From the NCBI GenBank assembly GCA_014894395.1, contig JADBLO010000051.1, positions 4,641 through 68,640 of the forward strand: 64,000 bases of DNA, given 5' to 3'. The notes beneath the pieces are model-generated. The model had not been told where the DNA came from. It did not search any database and saw only the letters and a program-made list of their open reading frames with translations. Each line of letters opens with the position of its first letter. Position 1 is the first letter of the stretch. The position numbers were made by a program, and so were the translations under genes. The DNA is from Thermoplasmata archaeon. GTDB lineage: Archaea > Thermoplasmatota > E2 > DHVEG-1. Shown piece by piece: positions 39,495-48,636 of this stretch.

Positions 39495-41948
39495 ATGGTG
39501 AGAGAGAAAAAAAATAAAATATTTAATATTGAGAAATTACATGAGCTTATAGATAGCGCAGCTCTCCCTAAACACAACAATACTTCGTCGTATAATGATA
39601 AAAACCTCGAATCTTTACTAAATCGATTATCTGATGAACCATCAAAAAGCAACAAAAAAGTAACATCATCTAATTTAATACATCCAAAATCTGAGAGTTT
39701 AACACCACGAACTGTTGTCCATAAACGAGAAGATATTCAGAAAAAAGAAGAAAGAGTTATTCAGATAGAACTAGGACCAAAGGCAATAAAAAAACAAAAA
39801 GAACATGCTATCGTGGGCCTTGTTTCTCCAAGGGGGGATCTTTTTACTGAAGAATCTCTTTACGAGATTGAAAAGATTGCGTTTCTAGAAGAAGAACCTG
39901 TGGAAGTGAAACCAACAGATATTTCGAAAGAATCAGAGATTCAACAAGAATTCATTCAAGTGGTATCCGACTGGGAGCATAAAGAGAAACATCTTCCTGA
40001 ATGGGAACCAGTGACAAAGGAAATAACTGAAAAAGAAATTGTTGAGGTTAAAAAAGGAAAGTCAATTGAGACGTTTCTTCCTGAGTTTGAACGAGTTGAT
40101 GAAAAACAGTCACCGTTACCATCCCGTTCTCCTGAAAAAGAAAGCAGAATACATTCATTTGAACCAGTGAAATTTGAAGCAGTCAGGGAGGAGAAACAAC
40201 AGGTGGAACGATCAGAGGTACGAGCGAAGGAGAAAGCAGAATCACTACGCAAGAAACAGGAAGAAAAACAAGCACGACAAGAAACAAAGGAGAAAGAACA
40301 GGAAGCAAAAAGACAAGCAAAAGAACATGATAAGAAATTACAGCAAGAACGGTTACAGATCCAAAATGAACAACGAGAGGAACAGAAACGCAAAGAATTG
40401 GAGAAGAAAAAAGCATCTGCTGAGGCAAAAGAAAAAGACCTAGAAGAACAACGTCTAATAAAAGAACGCAAAGAGAAACTACGATTAGACCGATTGGAAT
40501 TACAGAAGAAGGAGAAAGCAGAATCACTACGCAAGAAACAGGAAGAAAAACAAGCACGACAAGAAACAAAGGAGAAAGAACAGGAAGCAAAAAGACAAGC
40601 AAAAGAACATGATAAGAAATTACAGCAAGAACGGTTACAGATCCAAAATGAACAACGAGAGGAACAGAAACGCAAAGAATTGGAGAAGAAAAAAGCATCT
40701 GCTGAGGCAAAAGAAAAAGACCTAGAAGAACAACGTCTAATAAAAGAACGCAAAGAGAAACTACGATTAGACCGATTGGAATTACAGAAGAAGGAGAAAG
40801 AAAAACAAAAGCCGAGGAAGTCAGAAAAAGAAAAGAAATCATTTGTTACAGCCTCAGTTGACCAAAAGAAGTCAGCTCGAGTGGAAACAACGAATGTTGG
40901 AGCTGCTCGGATTAAACAAAAGCAGATTCGTAAGAAACCTTTACCCGCCCAAAAGGAAGAACAACCGATGGTTTCCGCCTGGGAGACACTCAGTGAAGAG
41001 ACTCATAAAGAAGATGCTGGTGACATGCCTACCGAACCAAAAGAACCGTTTGCACATGAAACGATTGAGCTTATTTCAAAGGAGAAAGAACGAGAACAGA
41101 AGCGTATTGAGAAGGAACAGAATGAAAAAAAGCAGCTAGAACGATTGGAGGTAAAGAGGAAAGAGAAAGAGGAATTGAAACGAAAGAAGTTGCAGGAGAA
41201 GCAGCGGGCGGATCTATTTGCGTTAAAGAAGGAAGACAAAGAGCAAAGGAAACAAAAGAATTTGGAGGAGAAACAAGCAAAAAAGGAAGCGAAGGAGAGG
41301 GAGCTGGAGGAGGAAAAACGTGCAAAGGCGGAACTGAAATCGAAGCAGCGTATACTTGCTTTAAAAGAGCTCGAATGGAGGACGAAGGAGAAAGACGAAC
41401 AAAAACTGAAGGAACTTGAGCAGAAGGAGGAGAAGAAGCGTTTAAGTGAACTTGGTATTGTTGGAACAGCAAAGGAAACAGGATTAATAGACGAACGGAA
41501 AAAGGCAGAGGAACAGAAACAGATAAATGACGTAGTAAGAATTGCTGCGGAGGTAAAAGAACAACGAAAACTTAAGACTTTTGAACGTAAGAGGCAGAAA
41601 GAACGGAAAAAAACAGAGAAAGAAGATCAGAAATTAAAAGCGATTGAAGAAAAGAAAGCCAGGAAGAAAATGAATCTACATTTAGAAGAAGAAGTAATCA
41701 AGGAAAAACTTTCTGGTCAAGTAGAACGAATTGACATCTTCGTCGGATTTGATAGTATTGATCAAGAGACCGCAGATCTTCTCTTAAAATGTGGATATAC
41801 CTCAGTAGAAAAGTTACGGGAAGCAAACGTAAAGGACCTCATAAAAATTGGATTAAAGAAAAAAACCGCGCAGATGATACTTGCTGAAAGTGGAGAATTT
41901 GTCGAATGGGAAGTGTATGATGCTGATGAACATCTTGAGAAAATCTGA
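39495..41948 (+). CDS. K/E/R/Q-rich (ER/K-type, predicted long helical) protein with internal exact tandem duplication and C-terminal (HhH)2 domain
   Basis: 817 aa. The central roughly 500 aa is low-complexity and charged (KEKEQEAKRQAKE...). A 94-aa unit is repeated exactly twice. The C-terminus IFVGFDSIDQETADLLLKCGYTSVEKLREANVKDLIKIGLKKKTAQMIL has an (HhH)2 pattern. Confidence 0.7.
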   Translation: MVREKKNKIFNIEKLHELIDSAALPKHNNTSSYNDKNLESLLNRLSDEPSKSNKKVTSSNLIHPKSESLTPRTVVHKREDIQKKEERVIQIELGPKAIKKQKEHAIVGLVSPRGDLFTEESLYEIEKIAFLEEEPVEVKPTDISKESEIQQEFIQVVSDWEHKEKHLPEWEPVTKEITEKEIVEVKKGKSIETFLPEFERVDEKQSPLPSRSPEKESRIHSFEPVKFEAVREEKQQVERSEVRAKEKAESLRKKQEEKQARQETKEKEQEAKRQAKEHDKKLQQERLQIQNEQREEQKRKELEKKKASAEAKEKDLEEQRLIKERKEKLRLDRLELQKKEKAESLRKKQEEKQARQETKEKEQEAKRQAKEHDKKLQQERLQIQNEQREEQKRKELEKKKASAEAKEKDLEEQRLIKERKEKLRLDRLELQKKEKEKQKPRKSEKEKKSFVTASVDQKKSARVETTNVGAARIKQKQIRKKPLPAQKEEQPMVSAWETLSEETHKEDAGDMPTEPKEPFAHETIELISKEKEREQKRIEKEQNEKKQLERLEVKRKEKEELKRKKLQEKQRADLFALKKEDKEQRKQKNLEEKQAKKEAKERELEEEKRAKAELKSKQRILALKELEWRTKEKDEQKLKELEQKEEKKRLSELGIVGTAKETGLIDERKKAEEQKQINDVVRIAAEVKEQRKLKTFERKRQKERKKTEKEDQKLKAIEEKKARKKMNLHLEEEVIKEKLSGQVERIDIFVGFDSIDQETADLLLKCGYTSVEKLREANVKDLIKIGLKKKTAQMILAESGEFVEWEVYDADEHLEKI
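40227..40790. repeat. perfect 2 x 282-bp in-frame tandem direct repeat inside the K/E-rich gene
   Basis: A unit beginning AAGGAGAAAGCAGAATCACTACGCAAGAAACAGG recurs identically 282 bp later. The repeat boundary is ambiguous by about 10 nt. Confidence 0.85.
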
Positions 41949-42308
41949 TACACCACTCTGAACCTATAGAGGTTTCACCTGATATAAAAAGAGGGACCAC
42001 CACCCTTTAGAAGAGCAAATGAAATCGAGATTGTAATAAATTTGTTGCACACTAATACCATAATAAATATTATTCTTTTTTCAATAGTATTTTTGTTTTT
42101 CATTACCGTTGATATTTCTGTATAGGTTTAGATAAATTCGTAAATTTCAGAGATATAAATATTTTATTTTCAGAGAAACGAATGTAAAAAAAGACACACT
42201 TAAAATGATAGAAACGATATTCATAAAATGATCCATTATCATATCTATCCATTCGCTGTAAAAAATAGAAGCACGAGTAAAAAGACAGAGAACGGCATTA
42301 CTGACTGT

Positions 42309-43145
42309 TCAATTCGACCCTTGCTCCGGTTTCTTCCGCTTTTTTAGATAATCATATACATCAAGGATAATCGGTATTGAAACAAGAATCGCTATCACGA
42401 TTCCAAGACAAATCATACTATCCTCATGAACATTCCCAACCGTATTTTTCCCATGAAGAACATCCTCAAAAAAGAGATTAATAGTCCCAAGCCAGGGAAT
42501 CTCGAATCGTGCTTTTCCCGATACCCAATCTAATTGAACAGGCTCAGGGCAGATATCAGTGATCTCGTCAATCACCTCATTATTATCTCCCTTTGTGAGA
42601 AAACCTGAGTGAGTCCATCCTGGATCACGATTATACAACCCTAACTGAGGAATAGTAAGACTTGTTGCATTGTCAATTCCATAGTCTACGATAGTATAGG
42701 TGGTCTGACCATTTTTATTGTACACGTCAACCCAACACATCGCCCGATGAATAATCTGCGACACATCTGTTCGTCCCAGAGGTTTATAGATAATCACGTC
42801 ACCGTAATCACCATAGGATCGCCAGCCATTCTCCGCTTCAGCGCCTTTGATAAGGCCACCATGCGGGACAATATCGCTCACCTTCGAGACCTTCTGCACC
42901 AGAACCATATCGCCCGCATCGATCGTACCCAACCGACCAAACGGAGAATTCGGATGCTCCATACTCCCAGACTCAATCGCAACCATAGGGGCGGCAAACC
43001 ATTGCCCCGTATACCCCCATAAAATCATCAAAATAACAAACACCGCAAGCAATGCGATAACCACATCTCGAACAATCGAAACCTTATTGTTGTCGCTTTT
43101 CCAAAACTGGATAAACATTTTTTTGATGTTCATGGGCTCACACAA
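42309..43145 (-). CDS. signal peptidase I (archaeal/eukaryal Sec11-type, S26B)
   Basis: Catalytic Ser box IESGSMEH, N- and C-terminal TM segments, 278 aa. Confidence 0.7.
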   Translation of the reverse strand: MCEPMNIKKMFIQFWKSDNNKVSIVRDVVIALLAVFVILMILWGYTGQWFAAPMVAIESGSMEHPNSPFGRLGTIDAGDMVLVQKVSKVSDIVPHGGLIKGAEAENGWRSYGDYGDVIIYKPLGRTDVSQIIHRAMCWVDVYNKNGQTTYTIVDYGIDNATSLTIPQLGLYNRDPGWTHSGFLTKGDNNEVIDEITDICPEPVQLDWVSGKARFEIPWLGTINLFFEDVLHGKNTVGNVHEDSMICLGIVIAILVSIPIILDVYDYLKKRKKPEQGSN

Positions 43146-43661
43146 TCATAGGTTTTTTTTATGTAGCAGTGAACTTTTTGTTATTGTTCCACAGATAGGG
43201 CAGATTTTTGTTATTTCGTTAAATTGTTTTTTGCACCCTGGACAACGAGAGACCCATTTAAACTTTTTTGTTATTCCTTTCTGCGAAAACCCCTGAAATT
43301 TGATTTGCAATGTCGATGCAACATTTTGAATTGAATAATCATCGGTAAGAATCGTCGCTTCTTGGTCAGGTTCTTTGTTGATATCAATTGCTAACGCCAC
43401 AACTTCAACATCTGCAAAAGAAAGCCTGCGGTCATCGCCGGTCTCTTGTGCTGTTTTTTTCACACGATTTATTGCTTCTTTTGATGGTTCGTGAATCGCA
43501 AGACCTGTTTCCTTGAGTAACTCGAATGTACGGAAGTCTCGTCCACCAGGGCTCAATTCGTCAGAAACAGCGGGTGTTGTGACTATTGATACATTATCAA
43601 AACGAATTGGTCTTCCTGAAAGAATCGCAGAGGTATCGATAATAAAAACTTGTTTTTTCAT
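43146..43661 (-). CDS. nob1: Nob1 endonuclease homolog (PIN domain + C-terminal zinc ribbon)
   Basis: PIN motif FIIDTSAI..D, C-terminal CPGCKK...CPICG; 171 aa. Confidence 0.75.
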   Translation of the reverse strand: MKKQVFIIDTSAILSGRPIRFDNVSIVTTPAVSDELSPGGRDFRTFELLKETGLAIHEPSKEAINRVKKTAQETGDDRRLSFADVEVVALAIDINKEPDQEATILTDDYSIQNVASTLQIKFQGFSQKGITKKFKWVSRCPGCKKQFNEITKICPICGTITKSSLLHKKNL

Positions 43662-43679
43662 AGGAAATCCTATCGCAGG

Positions 43680-44948
43680 TTAGGTTTTTTTGAGTTTTGC
43701 ACAAATCTCTGTTATAGATACTATTTCTTGATTTCCGATTTTCATGTCTCGCAGGGTGACGGTTTTTTTCTCAAGTTCTTTTGGTCCAACGATGATGACT
43801 TTTTCTACATGTTTTGAGTCAGCGTATTTTAAGGATTTCCCTATACCTCGTCGGAGCTGATCGAAATCAACAGAGAATCCTTGGCTTCGTAATTGTTGAG
43901 CAATCTCAATGGATGTACAGATCATATCCTGGTTTACTGGGATGATGTACACATCGAGTTTTAATGGAGGGAATATAAACCCTTCCGCTTCAAGAGCAAG
44001 GATTGTTCGGTCAAACCCAATCGCAAAACCAGAGGTCGGGACTTCGGTACCGCCAAACAAGGAAACAAGCTCGTATGAACCTCCGCCGCAGAGTTGTTTT
44101 TCTGCTCCAAGAACGGGTGCATCGATTTCAAACACTAAACCTTTGTAATAATCAAGTCCTCGTACAATGCTTAATTTTATTCCGTACTCGGTGACATGAA
44201 ATGCATTTTTCAGTAAACCAAGGATTGTTTCCATGGCGGCAAGCTCTTTTACCGCATCAGGATCGTCAGCGATAAATGATCGAATCTCATTGACTTCTGA
44301 TGTCTGAAGAACCCTAATGAACGTTTCTGCATCTTTCCCAGAAACACCACAATCCCGAAGAGACACTTTCAGATCATCAAACTGTGACTTATCGATCAAT
44401 GGCAAGAGTATTTTCTGATCATCTTTAAGGAGATTTAATCTCTTAAAAATGGCACTGATGATCGTGAGATTCCCAATGTTAATTCGAACGTTTTTCAACC
44501 CGACATTTTTTAAAAGGGTAAATGCGAGTGCGAGTAATTCTGCAGCTGCTTCTGAGGTTTCTACCCCGATGACCTCACAACCTGCTTGTTGAAACTCCCG
44601 GTACCTTCCTTTCTGTGGTCGGTCGTACCGATAGCAGTTCCCAAAGTAAAACAACTTGAGTGGTTTTGGCTCCATCTGTAACCGCTCGACATAACAACGG
44701 ATCACTGGAGCAGTAAGCTCTGGTCGTAACGCAAGCTCCCGTCCCCCTTTATCAGTAAACGCATATAATTCATTAACAATAGATTCACCAGATTTCGCGG
44801 TGAAAAGTTCTAAGTTCTCAAAGGTCGGTGTCTGGATTTCCCCGTACCCAAATGAGGTAAACGTCGCAGCCATGTTCTGTTCGATATAGCGACGTTTCTC
44901 CATTTCCTCTGGAGTAAAATCTCTGGTTCCTCGTGGTACCTGAAACAT
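43680..44948 (-). CDS. hisS: histidine--tRNA ligase
   Basis: MFQVPRGTRDFTPEE class II aaRS HisRS motifs, 422 aa. Confidence 0.9.
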   Translation of the reverse strand: MFQVPRGTRDFTPEEMEKRRYIEQNMAATFTSFGYGEIQTPTFENLELFTAKSGESIVNELYAFTDKGGRELALRPELTAPVIRCYVERLQMEPKPLKLFYFGNCYRYDRPQKGRYREFQQAGCEVIGVETSEAAAELLALAFTLLKNVGLKNVRINIGNLTIISAIFKRLNLLKDDQKILLPLIDKSQFDDLKVSLRDCGVSGKDAETFIRVLQTSEVNEIRSFIADDPDAVKELAAMETILGLLKNAFHVTEYGIKLSIVRGLDYYKGLVFEIDAPVLGAEKQLCGGGSYELVSLFGGTEVPTSGFAIGFDRTILALEAEGFIFPPLKLDVYIIPVNQDMICTSIEIAQQLRSQGFSVDFDQLRRGIGKSLKYADSKHVEKVIIVGPKELEKKTVTLRDMKIGNQEIVSITEICAKLKKT

Positions 44949-45185
44949 GAGGAGTCGTATAGTAGGAATTCCTTAATTATGTTTCTCTCTTAACAAACGA
45001 GGAAAGATGGTTTGTGTCGTATTTTGAAATTCCGAATATTCACCATTCATATAGAAAGTGGCTCCTACAAATCCGATCATACGCCAGGAGAAATTGGTCG
45101 CAGAAGCATACAGTGTAACATAAAAGAGGCAAAAACTTCTTTTAGCAGTATTTGTTACACCTCATGAATTTCTCGTACAACGAGG

Positions 45186-45836
45186 TTGATTATAATGGAA
45201 ATAACAATGTATGTCAATAAATACAAACACGCACGATACACGTTTTTCAAATGGAGATATCAATTAGAATTCTATCATAAAGTGATCCTTGCCATAAGTT
45301 TTGCCTGTATCACCGGTATTTTAGCACAAATACGATTTTATCTTCCAGGGTCTCCTGTTCCACTGACCGGACAGACCTTTGCTGTTTTGTTAAGTGCAGT
45401 AGTTCTGGGGAAATGGTGGGGTGGTATTAGCCAGAGCATTTACCTCGGTGTTGGTATTGCTGGGGTACCATGGTTTGCTGGGATGAACGGAGGATTCGCC
45501 TATCTTGCTGGTCCAACCGGTGGATATCTCATAGGTTTCGTCCTTGCCGCTTTCTTCTTGGGATACTTCGTTGATAGATACGTTAAATCACGAAAATATT
45601 GGACGATGTTTGCGTTGATGCTTTTTGCCAATTTTGGCATAGTCTTTGGACTGGGATTGATACAACTCTATGGTTGGTTTTCGTTTACCGGAGCATCTCT
45701 TGATGTTTGGGGTTTATTACTGATGGGTCTGATACCATTCATCATCGGTGACACCATTAAGATAGCAATTGCTGCTGGTGTAGCGAGTAGTATAACACCA
45801 AAACAAGGATACGGCAGCGAAGTCGACGCGTTTTAA
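45186..45836 (+). CDS. bioY: BioY-family biotin transporter S component
   Basis: SPVPLTGQTFAVLLSAVVLG signature. The true start is possibly the GTG at 45282; the first 32 residues of the ORF look non-native. Confidence 0.7.
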   Translation: MIIMEITMYVNKYKHARYTFFKWRYQLEFYHKVILAISFACITGILAQIRFYLPGSPVPLTGQTFAVLLSAVVLGKWWGGISQSIYLGVGIAGVPWFAGMNGGFAYLAGPTGGYLIGFVLAAFFLGYFVDRYVKSRKYWTMFALMLFANFGIVFGLGLIQLYGWFSFTGASLDVWGLLLMGLIPFIIGDTIKIAIAAGVASSITPKQGYGSEVDAF

Positions 45837-45859
45837 ATATAAACGCGACTATCTTTTTT

Positions 45860-46048
45860 TTATTTTACTTTAGAAAGAGAGATTGTCCGATCATTCAACA
45901 CAATCCATTTAATCTTATCGCCATCTTTTAACTTCAGAAGCTCCACAACTTCCGAAGGTACTGTAATTCGTCTGCGTGAGCCACGGATTGTGATTGCGGT
46001 CTCTTTAATGCATTTCACTTGGTCGAGATCGATTTTCATTGATATCAC
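45860..46048 (-). CDS. AbrB/MazE/SpoVT-type swapped-hairpin DNA-binding domain protein
   Basis: RRITVPSEVVELLKLKDGDKI resembles the AbrB/SpoVT domain. 62 aa, 27 nt downstream of pstB on the same strand. Confidence 0.45.
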   Translation of the reverse strand: MISMKIDLDQVKCIKETAITIRGSRRRITVPSEVVELLKLKDGDKIKWIVLNDRTISLSKVK

Positions 46049-46074
46049 TCCTTTTTTATTTCTTCTATCAGTTT

Positions 46075-46842
46075 TTAGCTAATCTCTCCACTGAGATATG
46101 CTTTGGTCTCAGGGTTTTTTGGATTATTGAAAAACTCATCTGCGGGTCCTTGTTCAATGACCATTCCAAAATACAGGAAGATGACGTAATCAGCAACACG
46201 TTTCGCCTGACGTAGGGTATGGGTCACAAGGATGACAGTATAATCCTTTTTCAATTTTAAGAGAAGTTTTTCAATCTGTTGTGCAGCAATCGGATCGAGT
46301 GCAGAGGTTGGTTCATCACATAACAGTACTTCGGGTTGTACTGCAATGGCTCTGGCTAAACATAATCGTTGTTGCTGTCCAACAGAAAGCCGTGATGCAG
46401 GATCATGCAACCGGTCTTTGACTTCATTCCAGAGACCTACTTCTTGTAAACAATGTTGCACATTCTCGGCTAACTCTTTGGCATTTTTATCATGATGGAT
46501 GCGTAATCCGTACGCAACATTTTCAAAAATGGACATCGGTAGCGGATATGGTTTTTGGGATATCAATCCCATTTTTTTCCTAATATCTGGGACGTTATGC
46601 CCAGCAGACATGATATTGATCCCATCAACAACTATCTGACCTGTTATTTTTACATCATCTTGTATTTCTAATAACCGATTGAAAGATTTCAACAACGTTG
46701 TTTTTCCGCATCCGGATGGACCGATGATAGCAGTGAGCTGCTTCGCTGGAATTTCAATATTAATATCTTTAATTACTGGATGGTTATGAAACTCTACGTT
46801 CAGATGTTTGGTTTCAATCTGATTTATTGATGATTTTTTCAT
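46075..46842 (-). CDS. pstB: phosphate ABC transporter ATP-binding protein PstB
   Basis: Walker A GPSGCGKTT, signature LSVGQQQR, Walker B LLCDEPTSALD. Start at 46842 with GAGGAAA upstream. Confidence 0.9.
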   Translation of the reverse strand: MKKSSINQIETKHLNVEFHNHPVIKDINIEIPAKQLTAIIGPSGCGKTTLLKSFNRLLEIQDDVKITGQIVVDGINIMSAGHNVPDIRKKMGLISQKPYPLPMSIFENVAYGLRIHHDKNAKELAENVQHCLQEVGLWNEVKDRLHDPASRLSVGQQQRLCLARAIAVQPEVLLCDEPTSALDPIAAQQIEKLLLKLKKDYTVILVTHTLRQAKRVADYVIFLYFGMVIEQGPADEFFNNPKNPETKAYLSGEIS

Positions 46843-46858
46843 ATATTTTCCTCTTATT

Positions 46859-47704
46859 TTATCGAATAACATGTTTTGTGAATCGTTTGGCGAGGATTCG
46901 TGAAAGTATGCTAATGATTAGTACGATCATAAGGAGTATAAAGGCTGCAGCATACGCTTTTGGTTGTCCTGAGGGCAGTGAGTAAAGATTGTAGATCATA
47001 GTAGGTAACGCAGAAGTTGAGTCAAACAATGACCCAGGAATGCGATTGGAAAAACCTGCAGTGAATAAAATTGAAGCCGCATCACCTATACCTCTGCCCA
47101 ACCCTAAGAGGATGCCTGCAAGTATTCCAGGGAATGCCTGTTTTCGGACTACCCTTACCGCAGTTTCGAATTTTGTAGAACCTAACGAATATGAACTTTC
47201 CTTCAATCCTATTGGTACCAATTTAATGGATTCATCCATATATCGCGTGATGATAGGAATTTCAAGTAACGTCAATGCAATAATTCCTACAAGAAGAGAC
47301 GATCCCATGCCCAAATAAATCATAATCATAAGACAAAAGATCCCGTAGACGATAGAGGGAACTCCCCAAAGAACATCAAGGGTGAATCGTATGAAATTAG
47401 AAAACCAAACAGGTGTGAATTCTTTTTGGAGATACAGCGCTATACCAATTCCGATAAAGCACGCTAAACCAGTTGCAGGTAACGCAAGAAGGAGAGAACC
47501 AATAATTGCATTTAAGATGCCTCCTCCGAGGGCATTTCCCGGTGTAGGAGTTTGAGTAATCATTTCAATACTTATTGAGGAAGCACCGTTAATAATAACG
47601 AGTCCAAAGATGATGACGAGACTCCCTATGACAATACATACGGAGATCATCATAAGGAGTTTGAATATTGTTTCTTCAAGAGTGCGTCTATTCAATAATT
47701 CCAC
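46859..47704 (-). CDS. pstA: phosphate ABC transporter permease PstA
   Basis: 6-TM permease with EAA-like loop, operon position after pstC. Confidence 0.8.
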   Translation of the reverse strand: MELLNRRTLEETIFKLLMMISVCIVIGSLVIIFGLVIINGASSISIEMITQTPTPGNALGGGILNAIIGSLLLALPATGLACFIGIGIALYLQKEFTPVWFSNFIRFTLDVLWGVPSIVYGIFCLMIMIYLGMGSSLLVGIIALTLLEIPIITRYMDESIKLVPIGLKESSYSLGSTKFETAVRVVRKQAFPGILAGILLGLGRGIGDAASILFTAGFSNRIPGSLFDSTSALPTMIYNLYSLPSGQPKAYAAAFILLMIVLIISILSRILAKRFTKHVIR

Positions 47705-48606
47705 CTCTTTTTTGCTCGTCTTAAAATAAAAACTCCTAAAATATTAAAGAGTAACACAACAACAAATAAGATAAGGGCAACGAGCATGAGAGCAGATTCT
47801 TGGAGAGGAATCGCCATTAGTTCACCGTATTTTGATGCAATCAATGAAGCAAGGGTTTCTCCAGGTTGAAAAACGGATGAAGGCATAACAGGGATACCTC
47901 CTACCACCATATTGATGGCTATTGTTTCACCAAATGCTCGCCCAAAACCAAGTAATATCGCTGCTAATATACTTGGGCTAGATGCGCGAAACACTACCTT
48001 TTTTACGGTCTCCCATTTTGTTGCCCCAACAGATAACGATGCTTCTTTTAACGCAATTGGTATAGCACAAAACGACTCAACGCAAAGAGAAATGATAATA
48101 GGAAAAACCATCACCGCTAACGTAACCGCAGCAGTAAATATACACAGGCCGGTGGTCCGTACACCGAACAATGGTGCGATAACATCTTTTACTAACGGTA
48201 CGAGGAATAAAAAGGCACATAACCCATATACGACAGAAGGAACACCTGCAAGCACATCAATAAAAGGCCGAATCATCCGTCTTATCTTTGTTGGGGCGTA
48301 CTCTGCAATATAGATTGCACTGAGCAAAGAAATCGGGATTGCGATTAAAAGGGCTATCCCGGTGACTAAAATCGTTCCAATGATAATCGGAGCAAGGCCA
48401 AATTGTCCATTATCCGGATTCCATGTTGAAGAAAACAAGATATCGATGATGGAAGTATTTTCCAGCACAAGAGCAGATCTGTAAAAAAGAAGGATAAAAA
48501 TTAGGAAAAATAACACAGAAGCAAAAAGCGTGCCGATTAGCATCAAATTCGTACCAATCAAATCACGTATTTTTCGCTTATTCATATTTCCTAATTTTTT
48601 TCGCAT
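47692..48606 (-). CDS. pstC: phosphate ABC transporter permease PstC
   Basis: 6-TM permease; start overlaps the pstA stop. Confidence 0.8.
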   Translation of the reverse strand: MRKKLGNMNKRKIRDLIGTNLMLIGTLFASVLFFLIFILLFYRSALVLENTSIIDILFSSTWNPDNGQFGLAPIIIGTILVTGIALLIAIPISLLSAIYIAEYAPTKIRRMIRPFIDVLAGVPSVVYGLCAFLFLVPLVKDVIAPLFGVRTTGLCIFTAAVTLAVMVFPIIISLCVESFCAIPIALKEASLSVGATKWETVKKVVFRASSPSILAAILLGFGRAFGETIAINMVVGGIPVMPSSVFQPGETLASLIASKYGELMAIPLQESALMLVALILFVVVLLFNILGVFILRRAKKRWNY

Positions 48607-48636
48607 TTACTTCTTAATTTCTTGCAACAGGTCATT

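Noticed and set aside
40227-40790. Possible CRISPR-like direct repeats
   Set aside because: Only two units, each 282 bp, are directly abutting without spacers. They are in-frame within a CDS and no cas genes are nearby. This is a coding tandem duplication, not a CRISPR array.
39956-40842. Two long minus-strand ORFs (265 aa and 219 aa) that are Ser/Cys/Phe- or Leu/Val-rich
   Set aside because: They lie antisense to the K/E-rich coding repeat (AAG/GAA-rich DNA reads as CTT/TTC on the other strand). They are low-complexity and themselves duplicated by the same 282-bp repeat, so they are frame shadows, not genes.
41949-45185. tRNA or other structured RNA genes in the larger intergenic gaps (3080-3467, 39170-39494, 41949-42308, 44949-45185, 49681-49911, 50542-50889)
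   Set aside because: By eye, none contains a GC-rich 70-90-nt segment with acceptor/anticodon-stem complementarity or a conserved T-loop (GTTCRANYC). All are AT-rich and promoter-like. A tRNAscan/Rfam run would be needed to exclude small RNAs definitively.
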